Assembly: GCA_965218585.1 (NCBI GenBank)
Contig: CBDCLE010000004.1
Coordinates: forward strand, 143,006 to 207,005
DNA from: Terriglobia bacterium
GTDB lineage: Bacteria; Acidobacteriota; Terriglobia; 20CM-2-55-15
Reading direction: 5' to 3'
Length of the DNA stretch: 64,000 bases
Shown: piece by piece, positions 39,365 through 49,699 of the stretch
Layout of the letters: each line of letters opens with the position of its first letter
Numbering within the stretch: the first letter of the stretch is position 1
The notes under the pieces: model-generated
Seen by the model: the letters and a program-made list of their open reading frames with translations, nothing else
Told to the model about the DNA's origin: nothing
Databases searched by the model: none
Translations under genes and position numbers: made by a program

Positions 39365-40279
39365 ATGGAACAAAGGAGAATTCCCGCGGAAGCGGTAGAA
39401 CTGTACACACGTTACATTCACGGTGAGGTCAGTCGTCGTGACTTTTTCGCTGGGGTGAAGCGTTTTGCCGTCGCCGGCCTTACTGCCGCGGCGATTGTCG
39501 AAGCGTTGATGCCGAACTATGCGCTGGGGCAGCAGGTTTCCAAGGATGACGAGCGGATCAAGGCGACGTATGAAACTATCCCCTCACCAAATGGAAATGG
39601 ATTCATCCGGGGCTATCTTGTCCGACCATTCAGCGCCGATTCACGCAGCGAGACTCCATCACGACTGCCCGGAGTCATTGTCGTGCACGAAAATCGGGGA
39701 CTGAATCCGCATACCGAGGACGTTGCGCGGCGCTTCGCCCTCGAAAACTTCATGGCGTTTGCGCCGGACGCGCTGACGTCGGTCGGTGGTTATCCGAGCG
39801 ACGACTACAGAGGGGGACAGTTATTCAGGATGGTCGATCGCGCCAAGATGACTGAGGATTTCGTCGCCTCCTCAAGCTGGTTGAAATCGCGTCCGGACTG
39901 TACAGGGAACATCTGCGCCACCGGTTTTTGCTTCGGAGGTGGTATGTCCAATACCTTGGCTGTTCTGCTGGGGACGGATTTGGCAGCGGCAGCCCCGTTT
40001 TATGGCGGCGCGCCCATGCCCGAAGACGTCCCGAAAATCACAGCGGCTATGCTCATACACCACGGCGCACTCGATGAACGGCTGGTCAACGCATATCCCG
40101 CGTATGAGGCGGAACTTCAGAGAAATAACATCACGCACGAAGGCCACATTTATCCGGAATCTGTTCACGGTTTCTTCAATGACGCCACGCCGGAACGCTA
40201 CAACAAGGCCGCAGCCCAGGAGGCATGGACGCACACCATTAATTGGTTCAAGCAGTACGCGGGCGGAGCCTCAGCCTAA
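39365..40279 (+). CDS. Dienelactone hydrolase family (YghX-like)
   Basis: HENRGLNPH, GFCFGG, HGFFND. Confidence 0.93.
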   Translation: MEQRRIPAEAVELYTRYIHGEVSRRDFFAGVKRFAVAGLTAAAIVEALMPNYALGQQVSKDDERIKATYETIPSPNGNGFIRGYLVRPFSADSRSETPSRLPGVIVVHENRGLNPHTEDVARRFALENFMAFAPDALTSVGGYPSDDYRGGQLFRMVDRAKMTEDFVASSSWLKSRPDCTGNICATGFCFGGGMSNTLAVLLGTDLAAAAPFYGGAPMPEDVPKITAAMLIHHGALDERLVNAYPAYEAELQRNNITHEGHIYPESVHGFFNDATPERYNKAAAQEAWTHTINWFKQYAGGASA

Positions 40280-40357
40280 CTAGGAGGGATAGCATATAGG
40301 GCTGGAGTGGTCCCGAAGCGCGGTCTATGAGCTGTGCTGGGCCACAATCCACTCCGT

Positions 40358-40437
40358 GTCCTCGGAAACGACATTCTCGGGCGTTGAACAAGGGCCCGAA
40401 AACAGGGTTTTCAATGTCCGAGAAGGGGTATCAGGCA
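40358..40437. repeat. Array palindrome: inverted-subtype copy (40358-40388) back-to-back with a degenerate direct copy (40409-40437)
   Basis: GTCCTCGGAAACGACATTCTCGGGCGTTGAA; TTTCAATGTCCGAGAAGG. Confidence 0.6.
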
Positions 40438-40648
40438 CCGAGATCGAATTTCAGCGGCGAGCAGCGTGAAACCGCATTTACGAAATCGGCATTTTTCTTT
40501 GTCGACGCACCCGGTCAGTATATGCTGCCTGAAAAATCATGATATTTGAAGTCCCCGTCATGGTGGTCTGTCATGGCTCGTGGACGAATCCGGTAGATCG
40601 GGAGTAGATTGTGACCTGCTGCTATTCTTCTCGGATTGTCGGAGGCAG

Positions 40649-41041
40649 ATGATAAAAACGAAACTTGCCGGAATCATACTGGTTGGGATACTTGCCGGTA
40701 GCCTCCCCGTCTATGGACACCACTCCTTCGCTGCCATATTTGATGCCAATGATCGGATCGATCTGACCGGGACCGTGACCAAGGTCGAGTGGATGAGCCC
40801 CCACACCTGGTTTTACATTGACGTCGAGAACGAGCGTGGCGAGGTCGAAAACTGGGGTTTCGAGATGAGTGGCCCCAACATGTTGCTACGTCGCGGTTGG
40901 ACTCGCAACTCGCTTCAGGTGGGAGATGTGGTAACCGTCGTCGGCTCCCGCGCAAGGAATGGCAGCCTCAACGGGGCTGGCCAGACCGTCACGCTTTCGA
41001 CAGGTCAAAGGCTATTTGCCGGTCAGAACCCGACCAACTAA
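40649..41041 (+). CDS. DUF6152-family secreted protein
   Basis: GHHSFAA, WMSPHTW, GDVVTVVG. Confidence 0.87.
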   Translation: MIKTKLAGIILVGILAGSLPVYGHHSFAAIFDANDRIDLTGTVTKVEWMSPHTWFYIDVENERGEVENWGFEMSGPNMLLRRGWTRNSLQVGDVVTVVGSRARNGSLNGAGQTVTLSTGQRLFAGQNPTN

Positions 41042-41246
41042 TGGATTCGGCGCCAGCCGTTTCCTAAGAACGCACTCCGCCCGTTTGGTGTTCGGACGCA
41101 CGGTTCCAGGTTCCTCTCAATATCGACCGTCATCATCCGGTCGCCTTCACGATTGAACGGTTCACCCCCGGTTGAGCGACGGGACAGGTTGCGTTCCGCC
41201 GACTCTGAAAAGGGGCTGAAAATCACCACCGTCCGGAAATACCCGG

Positions 41247-42008
41247 TTAATTCGGAATCAGTTCGAGGTACTTGTTGTTCGTGCATACCCAATCCAGCAG
41301 TTCCGTGTCCGGCAAGAACTCCCAGTCGAGGGAAACCGTCCACTCCTCGGCGTACGTCTTCGGATCATCGATCGTGATCTCGACCTCCATGTGTCCAAAG
41401 TCGACCCGGTGGAATCGTTCGATGAGGTGGAGGGCATCGCTGTGCGGATGGCCGTTGTCGTCGAGCCATGTCCCCTCGTGGACTCCGACGGTGTCCACGA
41501 CCAGCGTATCGCCCTCCCACCTCCCGACGGAATACCCGAACCAGGCCGGCTCGCGCTCGTCCGGCAGGGGGCGGCCGTCGGTCAAGATCTGACGGTAGGA
41601 GTGGTAAGCCTCAAACAGCATCACGATCTGGTCGGGAGTCTGGATGACTTTCCTCGGGGTGGGGTGCGAATCGAAATCGGTCACGCTGTGCGGGAGGCAT
41701 CCAGCGCTGGGGCGGTCCCGGCCCTCGTTTGAGAGACGCTCCCGGTACAACTCGTCGGCCCACGGTTCCATGCGTACTTCGGTGTCCGCCGCGAGGTTGA
41801 AGAGATACCTCGGAGAGGGCGTGATCCAGATTCCGGAGAGATCCGGTGTCCCATCCGCGGTCCGCGGCACGGGCGCCTCGAGATCGGGCGAGCCGTCGGG
41901 CAGGCGCGGGATTCCCGGTGACGGATAGTTGAGCCATTGCGCCTCGGCCGTCGAGAAACCCAGCAACAAGGCCACCATTCCCGCTGCAATAGCCAGCTTG
42001 GTCTTCAT
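41247..42008 (-). CDS. Conserved secreted hypothetical protein
   Basis: Signal peptide, PDLSGIW, GYSVGRWEGDTLVVDT, DDPKTY. Confidence 0.85.
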   Translation of the reverse strand: MKTKLAIAAGMVALLLGFSTAEAQWLNYPSPGIPRLPDGSPDLEAPVPRTADGTPDLSGIWITPSPRYLFNLAADTEVRMEPWADELYRERLSNEGRDRPSAGCLPHSVTDFDSHPTPRKVIQTPDQIVMLFEAYHSYRQILTDGRPLPDEREPAWFGYSVGRWEGDTLVVDTVGVHEGTWLDDNGHPHSDALHLIERFHRVDFGHMEVEITIDDPKTYAEEWTVSLDWEFLPDTELLDWVCTNNKYLELIPN

Positions 42009-42084
42009 GCGTCCCTCCTAGTCAATGATCCGATCCGTTCGCGCTCAAACGATGCGCACATGCCTGTGGAACGCCAGATTACTT

Positions 42085-43467
42085 TCATCTCTCTGGCGCG
42101 ACGCGAAACTCCTCGTTGCGCGCAGGGACCACCGCGGTCTCGATGGGGCGCTCAAGCTGGGGCACCCAGTCGTATGGTACACGGTATGCCCGGTAGAAAT
42201 TATTGATGTCGCCACGGTAGTAGGGATTGATGTACTCCCAGACGATCTCGTTGTCCATGGTTACCTCGAAGATCCGGCCTGTAGCTCCCTCGGCAACCAT
42301 CGTGTTGCCGTTAGGCAGTCGCTGGGCTGAGCTGACGTTCCGACTGAAGAACTTTACCCGTCCCTGGCCGGGAACCGAGTACTCCCAGACCTTTTCAAAT
42401 GTCACTGGATCAATCTCGAGGACGCGAGACCAAAAGCGGCCTACCGAGGACCGACCCGTGGGCGCAGTCGGGGACGGTGCTCCGTAGCCGGCCGCCCCGC
42501 CGTTGTCAAAAACCAGCAAGTTGCCAGCGCCGGGCAACCCCTCCGGGATAAGGTGCGGGTGATGCTGGCCCACGATTTGGCCCAACTCTGCCAAGGCCGG
42601 TACGTCCCGGTAGTCGGGTCCCATTTTCCAAACAATCGTGCCTGTGCGATCGATGATGCCGATGATGTTGGCTTGACGGCTGCTAAAGATGACGTTCTCC
42701 GGGTGGAACCGTTCGTCTCCTTCGTCGTACCAACGGTTCGATCCGAGATATGTCGCACTGTTGATGTGCAGCCAGTCAGCGCTGCCCCGGTTTTCATTCC
42801 AGCCGGGATAGCGATAGATCGTGTTGCGTGCATCGCCGCTGAAGCCGAACTCCTCGACATGGTCGCTGGCCAGCCACTCCCACACGACGTCCCCCTCCCA
42901 AGTAACCTCCAGGATGTAATCGTCTTCGAGTAGCTTGTCGGAAATCTCAGGCTTCAGGACGTTACGGTGCGCAAGAATCAGCGTTCGTCCCCCATCCACC
43001 ATCGGCTCGGCGTTTGGTGCATAATAACCCACGGGGCTGCCCTCACGTTGCCAGTCGTGGTGCTGCCGGGCCATCCACCCGGGGTCTTCGCCTTCTTCTT
43101 CCACTTGCTCGGTCCGATCGAACTTCCAGACGACCTCGCCATCCCAGTTCAATTGCAGCAGCTCCAGCCCCTCCTGGTGACCCTGCCGCGACCTGCTGCC
43201 ACCAACGACGTAACCGCCCGGCAAAATACGAAACGGACTCGGCGAAGCCCCCACTTCTGTCCAGTGCCTCAGCAGGTTGCCGTTCATGTCAATGAGAGCA
43301 GCCCCCGCCGTAGTGTTATCCCCCTCTCGAATATCGAAGACGGTATAGCCACTCCAGGTCTTATCTGGATCAAACACAGTTGTCCCAGTCGGGAAGATCG
43401 ATTGATAGGTGAATAGTAATGACGGCGTCAGAACAAGTATCGCGGTCCCGAGAACGAATCGTCTCAT
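42085..43467 (-). CDS. Aryl-sulfate sulfotransferase family protein
   Basis: PTGTT, QHHD, DWLHINS, QHHP, FDNG, SSAQRLPNGNT. Confidence 0.9.
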   Translation of the reverse strand: MRRFVLGTAILVLTPSLLFTYQSIFPTGTTVFDPDKTWSGYTVFDIREGDNTTAGAALIDMNGNLLRHWTEVGASPSPFRILPGGYVVGGSRSRQGHQEGLELLQLNWDGEVVWKFDRTEQVEEEGEDPGWMARQHHDWQREGSPVGYYAPNAEPMVDGGRTLILAHRNVLKPEISDKLLEDDYILEVTWEGDVVWEWLASDHVEEFGFSGDARNTIYRYPGWNENRGSADWLHINSATYLGSNRWYDEGDERFHPENVIFSSRQANIIGIIDRTGTIVWKMGPDYRDVPALAELGQIVGQHHPHLIPEGLPGAGNLLVFDNGGAAGYGAPSPTAPTGRSSVGRFWSRVLEIDPVTFEKVWEYSVPGQGRVKFFSRNVSSAQRLPNGNTMVAEGATGRIFEVTMDNEIVWEYINPYYRGDINNFYRAYRVPYDWVPQLERPIETAVVPARNEEFRVAPER

Positions 43468-43559
43468 GTCTTGTTTCCTCTCCTGCAACTCGGCACACCG
43501 GGGTTGCTCACGACCCAACTGAGTGGCGGAGCCCCTGCTTGTCGCTCGTATTAACGAAA

Positions 43560-43705
43560 TCTGAGAAAGCTGAAGGCAGTCTATAGAAGCAGTCAGTAGC
43601 GAAGCAACGAAATCTCAACGTCCGAGAAGATGATTTCTCAGGACTTGACCTCGCAAATCTAGGGAACCGGCACTCGTTCCTTAAGTTCCCCAGAACCAGT
43701 TCAGG
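43560..43705 (+). repeat. Array repeat 1 (palindrome 43612-43653; kinase-tail remnant 43659-43705 on minus strand)
   Basis: TCTCAACGTCCGAGAAGATGATTTCTCAGGACTTGACCTCG; minus strand LNWF/ELKERVPVP*. Confidence 0.9.
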
Positions 43706-43752
43706 AGTGATATGGAGAGGTTCCTTCCTGCAACGAGCGAGTCCTCCGTCGA

Positions 43753-45417
43753 TCAGTCCTGATCGCCGGAGGCGTCGTAGACGATCCTTCCTCCTACGAT
43801 CGTCATCAGAGGTTGGATGTCCTTGATCTCGCCGGCTGGAATCGTCAGGTAATCGCGGTCCAGAACTAGCAGATCCGCCAACTTGCCCGGTTGAATTGAA
43901 CCCAGATTGTTTTCCTGAAACACGAGGTAGGCATTTTCGCGCGTGTGGGCGATCAAGGCTTCCTCGCGGCCGATCGCCTGCCTGAGGACCTCGGTGCCGC
44001 CTACCATCTTCCCGGTCACGGCCCACCAGAGGGTCGTGAATGGCCGGTACTGATTCACCTCGAACGTGTCGCTTCCCAGGCCCCACACGATGCCGCTGTC
44101 CTCGATGAGCGCCAGCGGCGGCATATCGTAGGAACGGTCGCCGTGCGCGCGGTTGAAGATCTGGCCCATGACGGTGGGCCGCGTATGTACCGCGAGGTAC
44201 ATCCCGAGATCCTTCATGCGCTCGATGTGTGAGGCGTTCACCTGGTCGACATGAGCCAATGCCCAGCGCAGATTCCGGATGGGGTACTCCTCGTTAATCA
44301 GCTCGATCTGGTCGAGGAACCCAGTAATCGTGTTCTCGATTGTGGCGTGCACATGCAGCGGTAATCCAGCACGGGCAACCTCAGTCGCGACGCGTCGCCA
44401 CTGGAAAAGCTGCTCTGGTGTTGGACTGGTTGTGCGTGCCAGCATGCTGTCGTGCAGCGGGCGGTATACGCTTTCTCCGTAGGCGGTCAGATCTACCCAG
44501 TTGTCGCCCTGAAACGGTTTCAACTCGGCGATCTGCGGCAGAAGGCGATCCACTTGGGCTGGGGTGCCGGATGCTCCCGCCGGCAGAAAACAGAAGAAGC
44601 GCATATTGAGCCGACCCTCAGCTGCAAATTGCCGGAACCTGTCCACGAGGTTCGCCGGGCAGGGACCGCCGGCCGTGGTAAGACCCGCTCGGTTCATATC
44701 GCGGATCATTGCCAGACTGCTGGATTCGAACAATTCTTCTGGCGGTGCGGGACGCGCTCGCCCAACTTGGTTGATGCCTTCAGCTTCGATCACGCCTGTC
44801 GGTCTTCCGCCATCATCGCGCACGATCCACGGAGCGTTCATCTCATTCAAGCCGATGGCCTCGATAGCGCGGCTGTTGAGATAGGTGTGGGAGCGTGTGT
44901 ACTGCAACAGTACCGGGTTGTTGGGAGCAACCCGGTCCAACTCGTCGCGTGTGAAATGACTCACGTCGTCTGTGAATTGATCCGTCGCCCAACCGCCCAG
45001 CGTGAAAACCCATTCGCCCGGACCCAGATCGATTGCCCGCTGGCGTATCATCTCGAGCGCCTCGGTCCGCAATTCCACCCCATCCAGACGCAGTTCCAAC
45101 TGCCAGATTGGACCTTCTTCCATGATGTGAGCATGGTTATCGATCAGGCCGGGAATAACAGTACGTCCTCCGAGGTCGATCGTTCTGGTATTGGGCCCGG
45201 CCAGTCGCGCAACTTCCTCGGTCGTGCCGACTCCCACGATACGTTCGCCCAGGACAGCCACCGCTTCTGCGATCGTGAAGCGGTCATCTACAGTAACGAT
45301 CTTTCCGTTGGACAGAACCAGATCCGGAGCCTGATCCTGTGCATGAGCCATCGATGCAGCAACGGAACTTGCTAACAGCACAAGAGCCACTGTCGTTTTC
45401 CAGTTCAAATGTTTCAC
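43753..45417 (-). CDS. Secreted amidohydrolase (Amidohydro_3/YtcJ-like)
   Basis: PGLIDNHAH, LGSD, GSIQPGKLADL. Confidence 0.92.
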   Translation of the reverse strand: MKHLNWKTTVALVLLASSVAASMAHAQDQAPDLVLSNGKIVTVDDRFTIAEAVAVLGERIVGVGTTEEVARLAGPNTRTIDLGGRTVIPGLIDNHAHIMEEGPIWQLELRLDGVELRTEALEMIRQRAIDLGPGEWVFTLGGWATDQFTDDVSHFTRDELDRVAPNNPVLLQYTRSHTYLNSRAIEAIGLNEMNAPWIVRDDGGRPTGVIEAEGINQVGRARPAPPEELFESSSLAMIRDMNRAGLTTAGGPCPANLVDRFRQFAAEGRLNMRFFCFLPAGASGTPAQVDRLLPQIAELKPFQGDNWVDLTAYGESVYRPLHDSMLARTTSPTPEQLFQWRRVATEVARAGLPLHVHATIENTITGFLDQIELINEEYPIRNLRWALAHVDQVNASHIERMKDLGMYLAVHTRPTVMGQIFNRAHGDRSYDMPPLALIEDSGIVWGLGSDTFEVNQYRPFTTLWWAVTGKMVGGTEVLRQAIGREEALIAHTRENAYLVFQENNLGSIQPGKLADLLVLDRDYLTIPAGEIKDIQPLMTIVGGRIVYDASGDQD

Positions 45418-45429
45418 AGCACCTCTCCC

Positions 45430-45768
45430 TTAAAAAATTCTCCTGTTGCTCGATTCCCGCACCAAGACACGATGCCACACTCCTCTGGGTACTACGACTG
45501 CTTGTCCGGGAGCGACCTCAATGATGTTCTCGTCGCCGTCTTCTTCCAAGATGACATCCACACGCCCTGAGATTAGGAAAAGAATTTCGTCGGCGTCTGG
45601 GTGCATCTCTCCGCCGTGTCGCTGAGGCGGATTCAACATTACCAATGGGGCCCCAATGACGAAGCCATCTACTCGTGGCGGAGGGCTTGATTCCCACGGT
45701 ACGAGACTCGCGCTGCCGTTGCGCTTCAGTCCGATAAGGGACCGCGATAGATCCAATGTCCTAGCCAT
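45430..45768 (-). CDS. Cupin domain protein
   Basis: EMHPDADE, VVPRGVWH. Confidence 0.87.
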   Translation of the reverse strand: MARTLDLSRSLIGLKRNGSASLVPWESSPPPRVDGFVIGAPLVMLNPPQRHGGEMHPDADEILFLISGRVDVILEEDGDENIIEVAPGQAVVVPRGVWHRVLVRESSNRRIF

Positions 45769-45798
45769 GAGAACTCGATAACAGCCTGACGCCTCAAG

Positions 45799-45839
45799 GT
45801 CAACGTCCGAGAAGATGATTTCTCAGGACCTGAGAATCA
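45799..45839 (+). repeat. Array repeat 2
   Basis: GTCAACGTCCGAGAAGATGATTTCTCAGGACCTGAGAATCA. Confidence 0.9.
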
Positions 45840-45846
45840 CGTTCTC

Positions 45847-46194
45847 CTAACCGAAGAAACACGCGTACTCATCAGTGCCAACGATTTGTAGAACTTCCTC
45901 TAGGTTGTCAGCTTCCGGGACGGGATCATAGCGGTGCCACCGGAGATCGGCTCTCTGCCAATAGATCTTCCACACGCCCTTGGCCTTGACATAGGTCGCC
46001 TTTGCGACCCCCGCCTCGATTTTGCTTCCGGGCTCATTCGGCGACGGATGGATCTCGAATATTTCGACGCTCTGTCCGCTCACCCTACTACTGAGATCGA
46101 TCTTATTGCGATGTTGAGCCTGTGGCCGGAGGCGTTCGACAAACCGACGCGCCACCATCTCATACTTCTTCGATTCAAATTCACTGAAGGCCAT
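45847..46194 (-). CDS. DUF3024 domain protein
   Basis: VAKATYVK..WKIYWQRADLRWHRY..CFFG. Confidence 0.88.
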   Translation of the reverse strand: MAFSEFESKKYEMVARRFVERLRPQAQHRNKIDLSSRVSGQSVEIFEIHPSPNEPGSKIEAGVAKATYVKAKGVWKIYWQRADLRWHRYDPVPEADNLEEVLQIVGTDEYACFFG

Positions 46195-46262
46195 ACTTTA
46201 GATTACAGATTAACGTGAAGTTTACTTCTCTTGTGTCGCTATGGAACACGGTGCATCCGCAT

Positions 46263-46310
46263 GTCAACGTCCGAGAAGGTGATTTAATAGGCGTTGAGAA
46301 TCATTTTCAA
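46263..46310 (+). repeat. Array repeat 3
   Basis: GTCAACGTCCGAGAAGGTGATTTAATAGGCGTTGAGAATCATTTTCA. Confidence 0.9.
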
Positions 46311-46460
46311 GGTCGTCCGCTGGTCCGGAACACTATACCTCGCTAGCGGGGAAAACTGCCGAGGCTGGTAAGCCTCGGCAGTGACATCCGGCCTTCGCCG
46401 GGGTGACTACGCTATAATCCGGCCTGACCATTTTTTCACATCACACAGAGGGACTGTGCC

Positions 46461-46646
46461 ATGAAGCGCCTCGTCGCTGTACTCGGATCCCTTCGTGGAA
46501 GAGCGCAAGATTCTGTTGCGTACCACAACACGCAGAACGACGCCAACAACATCCGCAGCGTGTGGCGCGACTTCAACGGCGATTTCGGCGAGGACCTGCT
46601 GGCCTCCCAATACCGGGCGCACCCGCATCTCGCGCCGGAGGAATAG
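46461..46646 (+). pseudogene. DUF3500-like protein, internally deleted (start + C-terminus only)
   Basis: NTQNDANNIRSVWRDFNGDFGEDLL. Confidence 0.65.
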
Positions 46647-46661
46647 AGGAGGAATACAGCT

Positions 46662-47933
46662 ATGTCGATTCGATTCCCAGCACTCGTGATCACGCTACTC
46701 GCGCTCGTGCCCTCGACCTTGTGGTCGCAGGCGGCAGACGGCCCCGAGGCGCGCTGGACGATCCTGCACGCCGGCACGGTGCTCCCCGTTCCTGGAGAGC
46801 CACCGCTGACCCGGCAGTCGGTCGTCATCCGTGGCGATCGGGTCGACCGGCTCCTCCCCGGCTATGCGACCGCCGAGTCCCTCGGCCTCGATCCGGCCGG
46901 GGTCGACGTGATCGACCTGACGGAGTATTTCGTCCTGCCGGGCCTCATGGACATGCACGTGCACCTCACCGGCGGAGCGCCCAGCGGGGTTCCGTCCGAG
47001 GCCGCCGACCTGTACCGCCTCACGGGGGGCATCGTCAACGCCCGCCTGACGCTGCGGGCCGGCTACACGACAGTGCGCGACCTCGGCTCGACGGGATGGT
47101 CGATCTTCGCGCTGCGCGACGGCGTCGAGGCCGGCGATCTCGAGGGCCCGAGGATGTTCGTCGCGGGGCACACGATCCGCAGCTCCGCCAGCGACGGCTC
47201 GGGATCCTGCTACAGCGTGGAGAGCTGCCGTGAGGCGGTGCGGCGCCAGATTCAGATGGGCGCCGATCTGATCAAGGTCTACGTAACCTGCAGCGGTACC
47301 CAGCCCTGCGCCCACCCGGACGCGCCGGCCCTCTTCCTCAAGGACGAGCTGGTCGCCGCCGTGGAGACGGCCCGGACGCGCGAGCTGAAGGTGGCGGCAC
47401 ACGCCCATACGACCGCCGGCATCAACCTGGCGCTGGAGGCCGGGGTCGACTCGATCGAGCACGGCTCCTGGCTCGACGAGCGCTCCTACGAGCTCCTGGG
47501 TCAGACCGGCGCCTACCTGGTGCCGACGCTAGCGGTAAAGGAATTCATGCGGCAGAGGCTCGACCAACGATCGCCGGAAGAGCGCGCACGGCTCGAGGCC
47601 TCCATGGTTGAGCACCCGCGGCGGGTCTTCGAAGCCTTCCAGGCCGGCGGCAAGATCGCGTCGGGCAGCGACGCCGGGGGCTCGCGGAATGGCGAGAATG
47701 CGCGCGAGCTCGAAACCTACGTCGACATCGGCCTGACCGAGATGGAAGCGATCGTCACCGCGACGGTCAACGCGGCGGCGCTGTTGGGCGAAGCCGACCT
47801 GGGCACGCTCGAGGCCGGCAAGTTTGCGGACGTCATCGCCGTATCGGAGAACCCGCTCGAGAACATCTCGGCGTTGACCGACGTCGACTTCGTCATGAAG
47901 GGCGGCACCGTCTACGCGACCCTTCGCGACTGA
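46662..47933 (+). CDS. Metal-dependent amidohydrolase (Xaa-Pro dipeptidase-like)
   Basis: PGLMDMHVH, GYTTVRD, AAHAH, SIEHG, GSDAG. Confidence 0.93.
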   Translation: MSIRFPALVITLLALVPSTLWSQAADGPEARWTILHAGTVLPVPGEPPLTRQSVVIRGDRVDRLLPGYATAESLGLDPAGVDVIDLTEYFVLPGLMDMHVHLTGGAPSGVPSEAADLYRLTGGIVNARLTLRAGYTTVRDLGSTGWSIFALRDGVEAGDLEGPRMFVAGHTIRSSASDGSGSCYSVESCREAVRRQIQMGADLIKVYVTCSGTQPCAHPDAPALFLKDELVAAVETARTRELKVAAHAHTTAGINLALEAGVDSIEHGSWLDERSYELLGQTGAYLVPTLAVKEFMRQRLDQRSPEERARLEASMVEHPRRVFEAFQAGGKIASGSDAGGSRNGENARELETYVDIGLTEMEAIVTATVNAAALLGEADLGTLEAGKFADVIAVSENPLENISALTDVDFVMKGGTVYATLRD

Positions 47934-48015
47934 AGGTCAGGCATCGCGTCGGCGAGCAGCTGCGCGTACCCGAAGTACCAGACGAGCACGCCGGCCGATC
48001 ATACGCTCGGGGCCG

Positions 48016-48197
48016 TGTCTCTGATGTTGCTAAACCTGAAAAAGCTGGAGAACTATAGAACGAGCGGGTTGGAAGCGATGATTTGAATCAGCAGGGTTCT
48101 CAAGGTCCGAGAAGATGCTTTAACAGGCGTTGAGAATCATTTTCACGGTTATTTAAGGTGCTGGTACGCACTCGCCCAGCTCTTGGAACCAGTTCAC
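48016..48197 (+). repeat. Array repeat 4, long form
   Basis: ~80-bp extension shared with 56921; palindrome 48097-48136; minus strand VNWFQELGECVPAP*. Confidence 0.9.
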
Positions 48198-48383
48198 TGA
48201 CCTGAAGGCGTATCCTATTCACCTCCGCTAGCCTAGCACCGATCCCGCTTCGCGGACGGAGCCCAAATTTCTGCGCGGCTCGGCCATAACAGTTGTTGTG
48301 GAATCCTTCGCTTGAGGGTTCGGGGCTTCGTGGGTCCGCTATGTGGAGCTAGCGTCCTGTAGTTAAAACTCAGTTCGGAGCTC

Positions 48384-48785
48384 TCAGAAATCAGCCGGTG
48401 GAGGTGCGTTGTTGCCGTCCCAATCTTTGACGGTTCCGTCCTGGGCCTTTAGAAATCCCAGAAGACAGCCGTTGGAGCCGTCCCTGTGACGATGGCAGCG
48501 CGCTTTGACAGTGTCACCCGGTTTCACGTATTCGGGCGTGACTCCTATTCTTTCGAGCGCTGGGCGACCGGTTGCTTCCAGCGCCCACATTTGCGGGTCG
48601 CCATTGGTGTCCCTGACTTCCAGGTAGATCCAGGAGTGCGGGACGATCAAGTGAAGTTCCCTGACCACACCTTCAACATCGATAAACGTGTCGACGTAGT
48701 TGCCGTGGGAGTGGTGTGCCCACACCGGCAGGGCGAGGGCAACGCCACAAATCGCCGCAACGACAAGACCTGGGTTGAACCGCAT
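48384..48785 (-). CDS. DUF6152-family secreted protein
   Basis: AHHSHG, PHSW, WALE, PGDTV. Confidence 0.85.
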   Translation of the reverse strand: MRFNPGLVVAAICGVALALPVWAHHSHGNYVDTFIDVEGVVRELHLIVPHSWIYLEVRDTNGDPQMWALEATGRPALERIGVTPEYVKPGDTVKARCHRHRDGSNGCLLGFLKAQDGTVKDWDGNNAPPPADF

Positions 48786-48826
48786 GCTTACCCTCCTCGC
48801 AATCGATACAGAAAAAGGTTTCACGA

Positions 48827-49578
48827 TTAGCGCTCCGGGCGCCCTTGATCTGCCCGAGGAGTGTCGATCTGACCTTGACCAGGCTGAACCACCGGGTCGC
48901 CCGCACCAGCGATCGGTGGTACCGGGTACACGCCCATACCGTGGTAGGAATTGGAATAAATCATTTGATAGCGAATCCTTTGTCCGTTTCGGTCAACCCA
49001 ACCCATCGACTGCTGAAACAAGCCCGGCTCCGGGTATCCCTTCGGGACCGTGCCTTCCAGAACATACAATTTGTTTCATGCATCGCGACGTACGCAAAGG
49101 TGCGGGACTGATCGGCGTTGTTGGTCAGGTGTATGGAGTGTCCTTCAACCATGTCCTGCCAGTCCCAAGCCAGACTTGTTAACTCTGCGTCACGCTGAAG
49201 GAATCTGAACGTCGCGTAAACGATCGCCCCTCGCTCATCCTGCTTCCAATACCCGGGGCCGATAATTGGGCCGGCGTTTGACCGGCACTGCGCGTTGCCG
49301 GGGGGACATGTCTCGGAACGCTCGATGCCCTGTTGTTCCAGGGCCGTGTAATCGACGACAGTGATCGAGTAACGCTCGGTGCCCCTATCGGCGCTGTATA
49401 CACGCGCGGGAAGCCTGTAGTCCAATTGCGACTCCCAGGTGGTCTCGGTCACCGTTGGCTGCCCCGGAAAGTTCACACTAAAGCCGTCTTGCGTGTTGAC
49501 GTATACCTCCCATTCCTGGGCGACTGCGGACCCAGGCGGCGACAGCACCAACGCGAAAACTAACGCGGTCATGCGCAT
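48827..49578 (-). pseudogene. Secreted hypothetical protein, frameshift near 49075
   Basis: Signal peptide + FSVNFPGQP; continues in a second frame (YVLEGTVP..FQQS). Confidence 0.7.
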
Positions 49579-49699
49579 GACGTTTTCCTCCCTTCCGGAT
49601 AGACAATACTCTGCCACAAAACGGCTCAACCGTCGTGAATTCTTCTTGCCGCCACGGACCGATGGGCACTGGGGCAAGATTCCCGGACACTTGGGCGGC

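Noticed and set aside
48215-48355. Possible structured RNA
   Set aside because: Only weak, interrupted complementarity, and no family recognised.
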